From a virus (Duplodnaviria > Caudoviricetes), in the IMG/VR virus record IMGVR_UViG_3300037067_016777, positions 192,001 through 256,000 of that record: DNA of 64,000 bases. One strand, 5' to 3'. The translations under genes and the position numbers were made by a program. The notes below the pieces were generated by a model. It was not told where the DNA came from. It did no database searches and worked only from the letters and a program-made list of their open reading frames with translations. Shown one piece after another: positions 10,031-17,699 of this stretch. How positions within the stretch are numbered: the stretch's first letter is position 1; every line of letters starts with the position of its first letter.

Positions 10031-10033
10031 TAT

Positions 10034-10105
10034 GCGGTCTTAGTGTAGTGGTAACACATCAAGCTACCAGCTTGATAACGGGAGTTCGATCCTCGCCAGG
10101 CCGCT
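10034..10105 (+). tRNA. tRNA-Gly, anticodon ACC, no encoded CCA
   Basis: Acceptor GCGGTCT/AGGCCGC, D-stem GTGT/ACAC, anticodon stem TCAAG/CTTGA with loop CTACCAG, TTCGA T-loop, U73 discriminator; one bulged G in T-stem. Confidence 0.85.
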
Positions 10106-11710
10106 TTAATTAATCTGTTTTATAAACCTAATAACTGGCATACCGTTTATTTTAATTAAACCAGCCGATTCGGCATATTCTTTTTCTGACATTCTTATTC
10201 GTTTCGCCTGATCCCACACAGTTTTCTTGTGATATCTGTGGCCATTGGCGTCGATATACCAATAGCTCGGTTTTGTTCGACCATCAAGAATCCATCCTGC
10301 AGCCTTGTATATAACTCCACTATGATTTGCTCCAACGTCTGCAAAAGAAATAAGACATTTGATGTTGTTTGGAATTAGATTGACAGAATGGGCTAAAAAC
10401 CAAGATGCGAAATTCTTCTTGTGGTAGCTTGGATGTATGCAAAATCTATCCAATTCTAATATTGATGTTGTTGGCAATTTTAATCGGTCCGCCGATTGCT
10501 TTCTTGTTACCGAATTGAAGCTAGTGCAGGCTATTAGCAAGTCGCCAACAAACGCACCTATTTTTAGTCCGCCTCTACTTTTTGATAGATAATGGTACTG
10601 ATTTAGGAAGGTGTTTGACTCTTCGGATTGTATTAGTCTGATTTCGACATTGTTAAAGTCAAAAATTTCTTGTTTTGGCTCGATGCTAAGAATCTTAGAT
10701 ATACGATCGCGAATGCAATTAATACCATAAAACTCATATTCATATATATAATGTAATTCATATTCTTTAGACAAATGTCTTTCCCAATAAGTGTGTTTTT
10801 GCTTATCTCGCAACTGTCTTTCTGGTCTCGAATGCCAGTAACTTCCTTGACACTCAATAAGTATTCTGCGGCCATTATATTCAAAGCCAATATCAAAAGT
10901 CCAAGGACCAAGTGCAATCTGTGTAGCATTGATATTATAGACATCCTTCAATATTGAAATAATAATTGTTTCTAATATTGAAGTTTTCGGTTGCTTTAAC
11001 TTGGCTATCGCCTGCTTTGACTGATACGAAGAGTTAGACCAAAGTTTTTTAGATGACTCAGATATTTTTTGGCGATATTCTTCATTTTCCCAAATCTTTT
11101 TCGATCGCTCTGATTGTTGAAAAGCGACGACTGGATCTTTAAACGCTAGTTTTATTGCATTAGATGTTTTTATGCGATATTGGCGATCTGCCCATAGCGC
11201 TTTAGTTCGTACTATATTGGCATTTTTAACTTCTGGCTTATTTAGTGCTTTCTTGACTGCAGCGGTATGTCGTTTCTTTATTTCTTCGTCCGTTCTACAT
11301 CTAGACAATGTTTCAACTGCTTTATTATGATCGTTTTCCCTTAACATCCTTTTCTTTTGAGACATAGACTGTTTTTTGCGATATTCTTCAGATTGCATAA
11401 TATAATTGCATTTTTCTCTGAAGAGTTTATTGCTATGTAGCTGTTGTGATGCGATTTGCATATTTTTAATAACTGACGGCTTTTTGCAAGACTTCTGAAT
11501 AGCAGCAGTTGTGCGCTGCCTGAACTCACTGTTCTGCCATTTTAATTTACACCCCTCAGATGGTGTTCTTGTCTGTATATTGAATTTTTTAAGCCATTTG
11601 CCTATACACCTGTTGCCGACACTGCATATTTCGGCTATCTCATTAATACTGAACATTTTTTGTTCGTAGTGTTCAGACAGCCAACCACGGTCCTGGTATA
11701 ATTTAGCCAT
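10106..11710 (-). CDS. homing-endonuclease-like protein: HTH + helical repeats + Vsr/DUF559-like nuclease + C-terminal Mom-like GNAT domain
   Basis: FDIG...IECQGSYWH...RDKQK nuclease motif; ELDRFC...ISFAD...SGVIYKAAGW resembles Mu Mom. Confidence 0.7.
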   Translation of the reverse strand: MAKLYQDRGWLSEHYEQKMFSINEIAEICSVGNRCIGKWLKKFNIQTRTPSEGCKLKWQNSEFRQRTTAAIQKSCKKPSVIKNMQIASQQLHSNKLFREKCNYIMQSEEYRKKQSMSQKKRMLRENDHNKAVETLSRCRTDEEIKKRHTAAVKKALNKPEVKNANIVRTKALWADRQYRIKTSNAIKLAFKDPVVAFQQSERSKKIWENEEYRQKISESSKKLWSNSSYQSKQAIAKLKQPKTSILETIIISILKDVYNINATQIALGPWTFDIGFEYNGRRILIECQGSYWHSRPERQLRDKQKHTYWERHLSKEYELHYIYEYEFYGINCIRDRISKILSIEPKQEIFDFNNVEIRLIQSEESNTFLNQYHYLSKSRGGLKIGAFVGDLLIACTSFNSVTRKQSADRLKLPTTSILELDRFCIHPSYHKKNFASWFLAHSVNLIPNNIKCLISFADVGANHSGVIYKAAGWILDGRTKPSYWYIDANGHRYHKKTVWDQAKRIRMSEKEYAESAGLIKINGMPVIRFIKQIN

Positions 11711-11732
11711 ACAAATATATTTGGGTGTTTGG

Positions 11733-11741
11733 TGCTATAAT
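11733..11741 (+). promoter_or_regulatory. candidate extended -10 promoter upstream of neck gene
   Basis: TGCTATAAT in the intergenic region. Confidence 0.35.
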
Positions 11742-11847
11742 GAATTGTTTAGTTTATTTACCTTTTGAGCTAAAAGCGGACGTAATGAAAAGATATGCAT
11801 CGCTGTGTTTGTGTGTTCGATGAAACGGTAAAAGAGGATTTGATGTT

Positions 11848-12555
11848 ATGGCTATTATCGGACCGAACGATTTGCCGGTGGTTTTGAAGCTGAACTCAGA
11901 TCCAATGAAGGCTTACTGTTTAGCTCAACTCGGCCACCCGGCAGTTGCCGTTGAAATCGAGGAAGCCCAATTTGAGATAGCATTGCGCGTTACGTGCGAT
12001 TTTATAGCCGGATATTTCCCAAGAGAACAAAAACTAAAACTATTTTATACTGAACCGTTGGTTGCAACATACCCAATGCCAGACGATGCTTATTGGATCC
12101 AAGAGGTCCAGTGGGATCCTGTCACGACTAGGATAGATGATGTGTTTGGAGCTGAGAGTTTCCTCTTTTGTGTTGCTGACAATCTTAAGATTCTTGATAA
12201 AGACAATAGATTGCAGCCTGTTTCAGATTGGAAGACGCATTGGAAAGCTAAAACTCCATTTGGTCGCCGAACGCTAAAGATTGTTAAGAGGAAGATCGAT
12301 AGAACAATGCCGAAAAGGCGATTATTCTATGGTAATGGAATGATAGAAGCTACAACTAGTCATGTGGTTAAAATTGGCGGTAAGTGGCGTGAATTCGGTG
12401 AAGTAAATATTGGCGACCGTGTGCACGGGGTCAAAGATATGTTTGGGATACAGAATGTCGAGTGTTTTGAATCAACAGATGCGATCTCAATCAGAGCAAA
12501 TGGTGCTGGATGCTATTTTGGTTGCACCGAAGGCGAGCCGATCGTTATACACTAG
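11848..12555 (+). CDS. neck protein (T4 gp13-like) N-terminal fragment fused to a Hint/intein domain
   Basis: YCLAQLGHPAVAVEIEEAQF is the gp13-type N-terminus; residue 108 onward CVADNLKIL...ATTSH...IGDRV...PIVIH-stop is a Hint domain. Confidence 0.8.
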   Translation: MAIIGPNDLPVVLKLNSDPMKAYCLAQLGHPAVAVEIEEAQFEIALRVTCDFIAGYFPREQKLKLFYTEPLVATYPMPDDAYWIQEVQWDPVTTRIDDVFGAESFLFCVADNLKILDKDNRLQPVSDWKTHWKAKTPFGRRTLKIVKRKIDRTMPKRRLFYGNGMIEATTSHVVKIGGKWREFGEVNIGDRVHGVKDMFGIQNVECFESTDAISIRANGAGCYFGCTEGEPIVIH

Positions 12556-13573
12556 ACATAAAGATTCCGCTGAGTTTGATCCAGTTAAATTCACTCCTAA
12601 AACAATCCATAATAAGAAATCAATAGACATCGATCGTCTTATAGATTTCTTCAAATCCGACCACACTCTTGGCGATTGTGCTATAGAGTTTAGATGCAGT
12701 ACTGCTACTATCAAGCGAAGATTAAGGGTTGCTGGTGTAGACACCTCGATCTATAACCATAGTCAGATCGCTGTCGACCGTTCTAAAAAAGTTCGTGCTG
12801 TCGTTCTGCCGCCAGACGAAGAGATTCGCCATATGCTGGTCGACCTAAATTTAGATACCAAAACTGTCGCCGAAGAGTTTGGTGTCCACTTCAATACCAT
12901 AAGGAACATATCTAGGCGACTTGGTATAGAGAAGAATAGGAAAGATGTGGCAAAATCGATGAGTGTTAGACACTTAAAGATGCATGGTTATAGACATCCA
13001 GCACAACGTCCGGACGTTTTAGCCAAAACGAGGAGATCCAGTGGTAGAGTAAAGTATAGCGATATTAACGGCCGCACTTTTTTGTTCCGTTCACTGCATG
13101 AGCTTGGATATGCGTTGCTGCTAGATAAACGTGGTGCGGAATGGCAATATGAAGAGATGCATGTGCGTTATATCGATATGTTGACGGGAAAGCAGCGGAT
13201 TTACGTTATCGATTTTACTGTGGAATCTAATGGGCTGGTTGAGTGGATTGAGGTAAAACCGAACAACAAGATGATACCGGACGACAAAAGAATATATGCC
13301 AGTAGGAGAGCAGAAGATGCTGGTGTCGTTTATCGCGGATTAGTCGAGGAAGAGAGGCTAGAACTATGGGAGCTGTTGAAATCTGGTTACCGTCAAGAAT
13401 TTATACAATTTATGTTCCTCGCACCTAATCGCAACGCAAAACAGATAAGTTATTGGTTTAGTAGTAGTAAAGATGCTACTGAATTCAAGCTTGATGGATG
13501 GCGTAGACATAATATGCGCGATTATGGAACAGCACTACACACAGTGGTTTTCAGGCGTATTGAACAATTATGA
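12410..13573 (+). CDS. HTH-containing TnsA-N-like PD-(D/E)XK endonuclease (homing-endonuclease candidate); true start uncertain
   Basis: Two HTH-like segments; FRSLHE...WQYEE...YVIDF...WIEVKP. Confidence 0.7.
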   Translation: MATVCTGSKICLGYRMSSVLNQQMRSQSEQMVLDAILVAPKASRSLYTRHKDSAEFDPVKFTPKTIHNKKSIDIDRLIDFFKSDHTLGDCAIEFRCSTATIKRRLRVAGVDTSIYNHSQIAVDRSKKVRAVVLPPDEEIRHMLVDLNLDTKTVAEEFGVHFNTIRNISRRLGIEKNRKDVAKSMSVRHLKMHGYRHPAQRPDVLAKTRRSSGRVKYSDINGRTFLFRSLHELGYALLLDKRGAEWQYEEMHVRYIDMLTGKQRIYVIDFTVESNGLVEWIEVKPNNKMIPDDKRIYASRRAEDAGVVYRGLVEEERLELWELLKSGYRQEFIQFMFLAPNRNAKQISYWFSSSKDATEFKLDGWRRHNMRDYGTALHTVVFRRIEQL

Positions 13574-14586
13574 TTGACAGAACACTTAAACAGTTTTTTA
13601 CACATGATTACGATTTACTTCTACCAATTCTGGTCTCTTATCCGATAAGAGAGCGGCTAGTTATTGATCCATTTGCTGGTGAGCAACATTTATTGCGGTT
13701 AGTAGATTGCGATAAGATTGCAGTTGATGTTGATGCATCTGTAAATCCAGACATTGTAGCTGACTCATTTAACGAGTTGCCAAAGTTTGAATCGTGTGCG
13801 GTTATAACAAACCCGCCATACGCTCATTGGCACATTTTGCAGCGCGAAAATCAGAGACTAGCGGAAGCTGTGATGCTCGCCGGATATGTTGATTTATATG
13901 AATATAGTATTAGGCGGGTGATCGATCAGTTAGGATTTTGCCCGATCTATGCAATCTTGCCAGAGAATTTTATTGCGTCTAGGACTACCAGACTAAGGCG
14001 TGAGTTGTATAAGCATATCAAAGTAGTTCAGATTCATACACGCTCGTTATGTGACGATACAGAACAGCCTACTGTTTTTGTAGTATTGACGCCGGAGGAG
14101 ATTGATGACACCGATTTGTGGATAGATGATAAATTTACAGCCAAGATTTTAATAACGGCAGACGGATTACAGCCGCGATTAGAGGCAATCGGTGACTATG
14201 TTGACTTTGGTATGAAACCTTGGCAAACAGAGGAACAACGCAATACTTCTATATTACTTAAGGCAACTGATGGTGGTTCTGAGAACAACCGTATTAGGCT
14301 GATGACAGTAGCGGAACAATTTCCGGGTCTACGTCATTTCCATAACAAAATTAGCGATAGAGCCTATATTCAAATAGTACCAAAGATAGAATTATCTGAT
14401 AGCCAAATTGAATTACTAAAAATGGCTTTTAATAGGTGGGTAGATAAGTGGAGGAGCGATACTTTTGGACTCGGCCTGACTTCATTTAGGAATAACTCTA
14501 ATGGATTCAGAAGGAAGAGACTAGATTTCAAATTGGCAAGATTAGTGCTAAATAACTTGATCGATAAGCTTCTGCCTCATCGCTGA
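13570..14586 (+). CDS. N6-adenine DNA methyltransferase (gamma-type motif order)
   Basis: QFFT, IDPFAG (motif I), TNPPY (motif IV), DLY. Confidence 0.85.
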   Translation: MIDRTLKQFFTHDYDLLLPILVSYPIRERLVIDPFAGEQHLLRLVDCDKIAVDVDASVNPDIVADSFNELPKFESCAVITNPPYAHWHILQRENQRLAEAVMLAGYVDLYEYSIRRVIDQLGFCPIYAILPENFIASRTTRLRRELYKHIKVVQIHTRSLCDDTEQPTVFVVLTPEEIDDTDLWIDDKFTAKILITADGLQPRLEAIGDYVDFGMKPWQTEEQRNTSILLKATDGGSENNRIRLMTVAEQFPGLRHFHNKISDRAYIQIVPKIELSDSQIELLKMAFNRWVDKWRSDTFGLGLTSFRNNSNGFRRKRLDFKLARLVLNNLIDKLLPHR

Positions 14587-15303
14587 CTCGCTTAATTCAG
14601 CCAACCGCGAGACATAGGCGTTCTGACACTGGTTAGCAGCATCAATCTTTGCTTGATCGACCTCGATACCATCACAAATAAATATGAATTTATCGTTAGG
14701 TTGTGCTTGAGCACACTGTTGCATACTTGTTTTTCTATCGCCCTGGGAACCGCCGTCTGAATCGCCATAGCGAAGATATAACCAAATTCGTTTATTTCCG
14801 AATATAATCACACCATCAGGTTTGGTTGGCAGTCCGCTGTCTTTTGGCTCTCCGATTTTTAGTTGACAGAATGGCGGCGACATTTTCGAGAACACGTTCC
14901 TGACAGCACCTTTTTGGTCGCTCGATTTTTTGTTGCCATTTGTAGATCGTTGGCTGTTATAGACTACAGTTACAACATGATGTCTGATTTGATCATAGGA
15001 TAAATTCAGAGATTCAAACTCCTTGATGATTTCGTCGTCAGAGATCGAATATCCATCTTTGCGTGCTTTTTGACAACTTGTTCCGTTCGAGCCCAGAGCC
15101 ACGAGCATAATATCTATAGCTTGTATCTGCGCTCTCGGGTCTGTTCTGTACTTCCCAAAGTACAGCATTGATGCAATAGTGTTAATCATTTTGGTGTCAT
15201 AAATTATTCTATATCTGTACCCCGGAGGGAAACCGATCGAAGTTAGGTCGATTGCAACCGCGCTAGCTGCTAATGCTGTAGCCTTACGTGCTTTCTGTGC
15301 CAT
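14548..15303 (-). CDS. putative type II restriction endonuclease
   Basis: TKPDG...YGDSDGGSQ...FIFICDG; convergent and overlapping with the MTase. Confidence 0.5.
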   Translation of the reverse strand: MAQKARKATALAASAVAIDLTSIGFPPGYRYRIIYDTKMINTIASMLYFGKYRTDPRAQIQAIDIMLVALGSNGTSCQKARKDGYSISDDEIIKEFESLNLSYDQIRHHVVTVVYNSQRSTNGNKKSSDQKGAVRNVFSKMSPPFCQLKIGEPKDSGLPTKPDGVIIFGNKRIWLYLRYGDSDGGSQGDRKTSMQQCAQAQPNDKFIFICDGIEVDQAKIDAANQCQNAYVSRLAELSESAMRQKLIDQVI

Positions 15304-15330
15304 GAGATTAAAGATAGAATGGAGGTTGTT

Positions 15331-16023
15331 ATGAGACTAATAATTGTACCGTTTGTAAGCGTGTCGGCCTTCTCTGATATAAATACTGGCGATCTATTCC
15401 TATCAGAGAAGGCTTATGAAGAGAAACAGGAATCTCTTATAAGGCATGAGCTAGCACATTTATATTCGAATGACCCCGACCACGGCAAAATGTGGTCCGA
15501 GTTAGCAGAGCAACCACTACCAACGGTCGACTTGTTTAAGAAGATGCGAAAGCGGCTTGGCATTCCACAACATATTGCTGCGAATATAGGCAATATTTCA
15601 GGCGTTCAAAACATACTCACAGATTATTATCTTTTACAAGCTTATCGCCGTTCTTCACAACAAATTCTTGGGACTATCGGACACTGGGAAGTTTTAAATG
15701 AAGGTGGTAGTGGCCCAACAAACCAGCTGATTCGATTATATCCAACACCAAAGGGCGCATTTCCGGTTGTGGTTGTTTATTATCCAACAATTACACATTT
15801 CAGAAGTCCCCAAGCGCGTATGCTGGCTTCCGAAATGCTGTTGGCTGAAACGAAAGTGATGGTCGGTGCTGCACGTAGAAAAATCGCTGGTATACCTATG
15901 CCAGACGGTGGTAGCCTAGCACTAGACGGCGAGGCATTAGTCGCAGAAGGAAAAGAAGAGAAAGCTGCCATCATAGAAAAGGCTATACATTTGGGAGAGC
16001 CTATGGGTTTTGTGAAAGCATGA
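15331..16023 (+). CDS. SprT-like HExxH metalloprotease domain fused to neck protein (gp13-like) C-terminal fragment
   Basis: GGAGG RBS; IRHELAHL...DHGKMW; then NIGNISG...IRLYPTP...GAARRKIAGIPMPDGGSLALDGEALVAEGKEEK (gp13-type C-terminus). Confidence 0.8.
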   Translation: MRLIIVPFVSVSAFSDINTGDLFLSEKAYEEKQESLIRHELAHLYSNDPDHGKMWSELAEQPLPTVDLFKKMRKRLGIPQHIAANIGNISGVQNILTDYYLLQAYRRSSQQILGTIGHWEVLNEGGSGPTNQLIRLYPTPKGAFPVVVVYYPTITHFRSPQARMLASEMLLAETKVMVGAARRKIAGIPMPDGGSLALDGEALVAEGKEEKAAIIEKAIHLGEPMGFVKA

Positions 16024-16029
16024 TTAAAA

Positions 16030-16251
16030 ATGCAGTTTATTACTCGTCATCTCGATTATGTTAATATAATCTCATCTTATAAGTCAGGAGTTGCGATATC
16101 TGACTTAGCTGAGCGGCATAGTGTTGGAATCCACATTATTTATAAGGTGCTAGAGAACTGCTGCGAACGTCCTCAAGTTGACGACTTGTCTGCTGTTTCG
16201 GTTCCACAAGACCGGCCTATCCGCAAAGGTAAATGGAATAGAACGAGTTAA
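16030..16251 (+). CDS. small HTH protein (possible endonuclease-gene remnant)
   Basis: YKSGVAISDLAERHSVGIHIIYKVL. Confidence 0.4.
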   Translation: MQFITRHLDYVNIISSYKSGVAISDLAERHSVGIHIIYKVLENCCERPQVDDLSAVSVPQDRPIRKGKWNRTS

Positions 16252-16316
16252 GGATAGATTTCTTGTTCCTCTAAACGTCGACATATCAAAGATATCGTAG
16301 AAAGTTGAGGTATCAA

Positions 16317-16508
16317 ATGAGTCCATTAAATAAAGTGTGTTTTACGGTTTGTATGGTTTCGATTGTCATTAGTGCATTACTAGGTTTAGCTATGATATGG
16401 ACCGATATTGATCCAGAAATAACATCAAAGACATTTCTGACTTTACTTATCTTTTTTGTAAGCTCAGCGGCAATTAGCGGCGTCAATGCATTTTTCAAGA
16501 GCAAGTAA
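16317..16508 (+). CDS. small two-TM membrane protein
   Basis: Two hydrophobic segments; GAGG RBS. Confidence 0.55.
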   Translation: MSPLNKVCFTVCMVSIVISALLGLAMIWTDIDPEITSKTFLTLLIFFVSSAAISGVNAFFKSK

Positions 16509-16510
16509 TA

Positions 16511-16783
16511 ATGCATTTATCTCTTTTAAATGAGTCGGGTCCGCAATTCGATATTCTCGAAAAGGGTAAGATAAATCTCACGGACGATGAGCGCGAGCGA
16601 GTTATGATCGCTAAGGCTGTTTGGCATTTTGGTTCTAACGGTAAGCCGAGTCCAGCCATTAAGAAAGCGATAGTGCGTGGTAAGACTTATTACTATTGCA
16701 ATACGCACCGTTGTTATCAATCTGCGAAGACTTTAGATGGTGCTATAAAGAAATTCTTTGATGTAGTGGAGCCTTCAAGTTAA
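16511..16783 (+). CDS. hypothetical protein (possible internal head protein)
   Basis: MHLSLLNE N-terminus. Confidence 0.55.
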   Translation: MHLSLLNESGPQFDILEKGKINLTDDERERVMIAKAVWHFGSNGKPSPAIKKAIVRGKTYYYCNTHRCYQSAKTLDGAIKKFFDVVEPSS

Positions 16784-16792
16784 ATCTACACT

Positions 16793-17638
16793 ATGCGACT
16801 TCATTTGTTATCAGAAGGAATTGTGGCATCGGAACTTGGTGATGTCACTAAATTAAAGAATTCATTAGCTAATCAATTAATGATTGCTCTTGAGCGGTTA
16901 GGTTTTCGTAAACCTAATATGAAACCAGCTGAGAATCCGACTGATGATGCGATTGTCTATATAGAGGCTGGACAAAACGCACTGACTAGGGAATCTCAAA
17001 CGATAGTGGTTACGATAGAAGACGATGATAGTGTAAGAATACAAATCCCAAGCGATATTAGTAGATCTGGTAAGAAGAATCTGGCTGAAATTTTGGGAAT
17101 AGATGATTTCTTTATTACCGGGTCAGTCGGAGAAGCTATTGCCAGGTTAAAGGCTATTAAGCGTAAAGCGGATCATCTAATACAAAAAAGCGGTTTGCGT
17201 GGCTCGTTATCTTCAGGCCATATAGGAGAAAGTGAAGAACCACCAGCTGTCGACTATACGGTCGGCGAATTTCAGGTAAATTCAACTAAAAACGGTAGAT
17301 TCTTATCAAGCCAGCTAGAACGTTTTTTAAATGCTAAAATGCCGAATTTGATAGTTTTAAGGCAATCTGTATGGGAGCCTAGGGCGCAAACTGGTTGGCT
17401 ATCTTGCGCAACTGTAATATATATGTGTCGTGGCACAACAAGTTTAAAACAACAGCTTAAGGAATTATTTGCTCAAGAGGACTATTTTGATTTTATACCG
17501 ACGCGCTATAAGACGATCGGCATAGCGTCTACTGTAGAAGAATTTCTTGGTTTATATGGTCACTATGAATTAAGCCCTACATGGACAAATATTATTAATA
17601 ATATGGCTGATAAGTTTGAGGCAGGAATGGTTGATTGA
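16793..17638 (+). CDS. hypothetical protein (possible internal head protein)
   Basis: MRLHLLSE N-terminus. Confidence 0.6.
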   Translation: MRLHLLSEGIVASELGDVTKLKNSLANQLMIALERLGFRKPNMKPAENPTDDAIVYIEAGQNALTRESQTIVVTIEDDDSVRIQIPSDISRSGKKNLAEILGIDDFFITGSVGEAIARLKAIKRKADHLIQKSGLRGSLSSGHIGESEEPPAVDYTVGEFQVNSTKNGRFLSSQLERFLNAKMPNLIVLRQSVWEPRAQTGWLSCATVIYMCRGTTSLKQQLKELFAQEDYFDFIPTRYKTIGIASTVEEFLGLYGHYELSPTWTNIINNMADKFEAGMVD

Positions 17639-17699
17639 TATTTTAGTAGTAGATGACTACAGGTTCGCATAAAATATATGGTGGCAGGGAGATGCTACC

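Larger units (their letters stand above)
12169..15582. mobile_element. 3414-bp cassette (Hint, endonuclease, MTase, putative REase, SprT-like protease) splitting the neck gene
   Basis: Removing 12169-15582 joins ...DVFGAESFLF to NIGNISGVQNILTDYY... in frame, giving a 253-aa neck protein; the right junction is inferred. Confidence 0.7.

Noticed and set aside
12553-12561. TAG-to-Gln recoding (would make the Hint end HQ-T)
   Set aside because: Long genes are uninterrupted in the standard code and TAG ends several genes at expected positions; a TAA follows two codons later anyway.
12169-15582. Group I intron explanation for the neck insertion (upstream exon ends in T, insert ends in G; TCAGAGACTA at 13851)
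   Set aside because: The insert is almost entirely protein-coding, including an antisense gene. No matching P7/S element or ribozyme core was found, and the R-like 10-mer lies within the MTase ORF. RT-PCR would be needed to exclude it fully.
12172-15585. DNA excision through TTGCTG microhomology at both ends (would give in-frame FLFCVAANIGN)
   Set aside because: Only 6 bp of identity and no recombinase in the cassette; compatible with chance.
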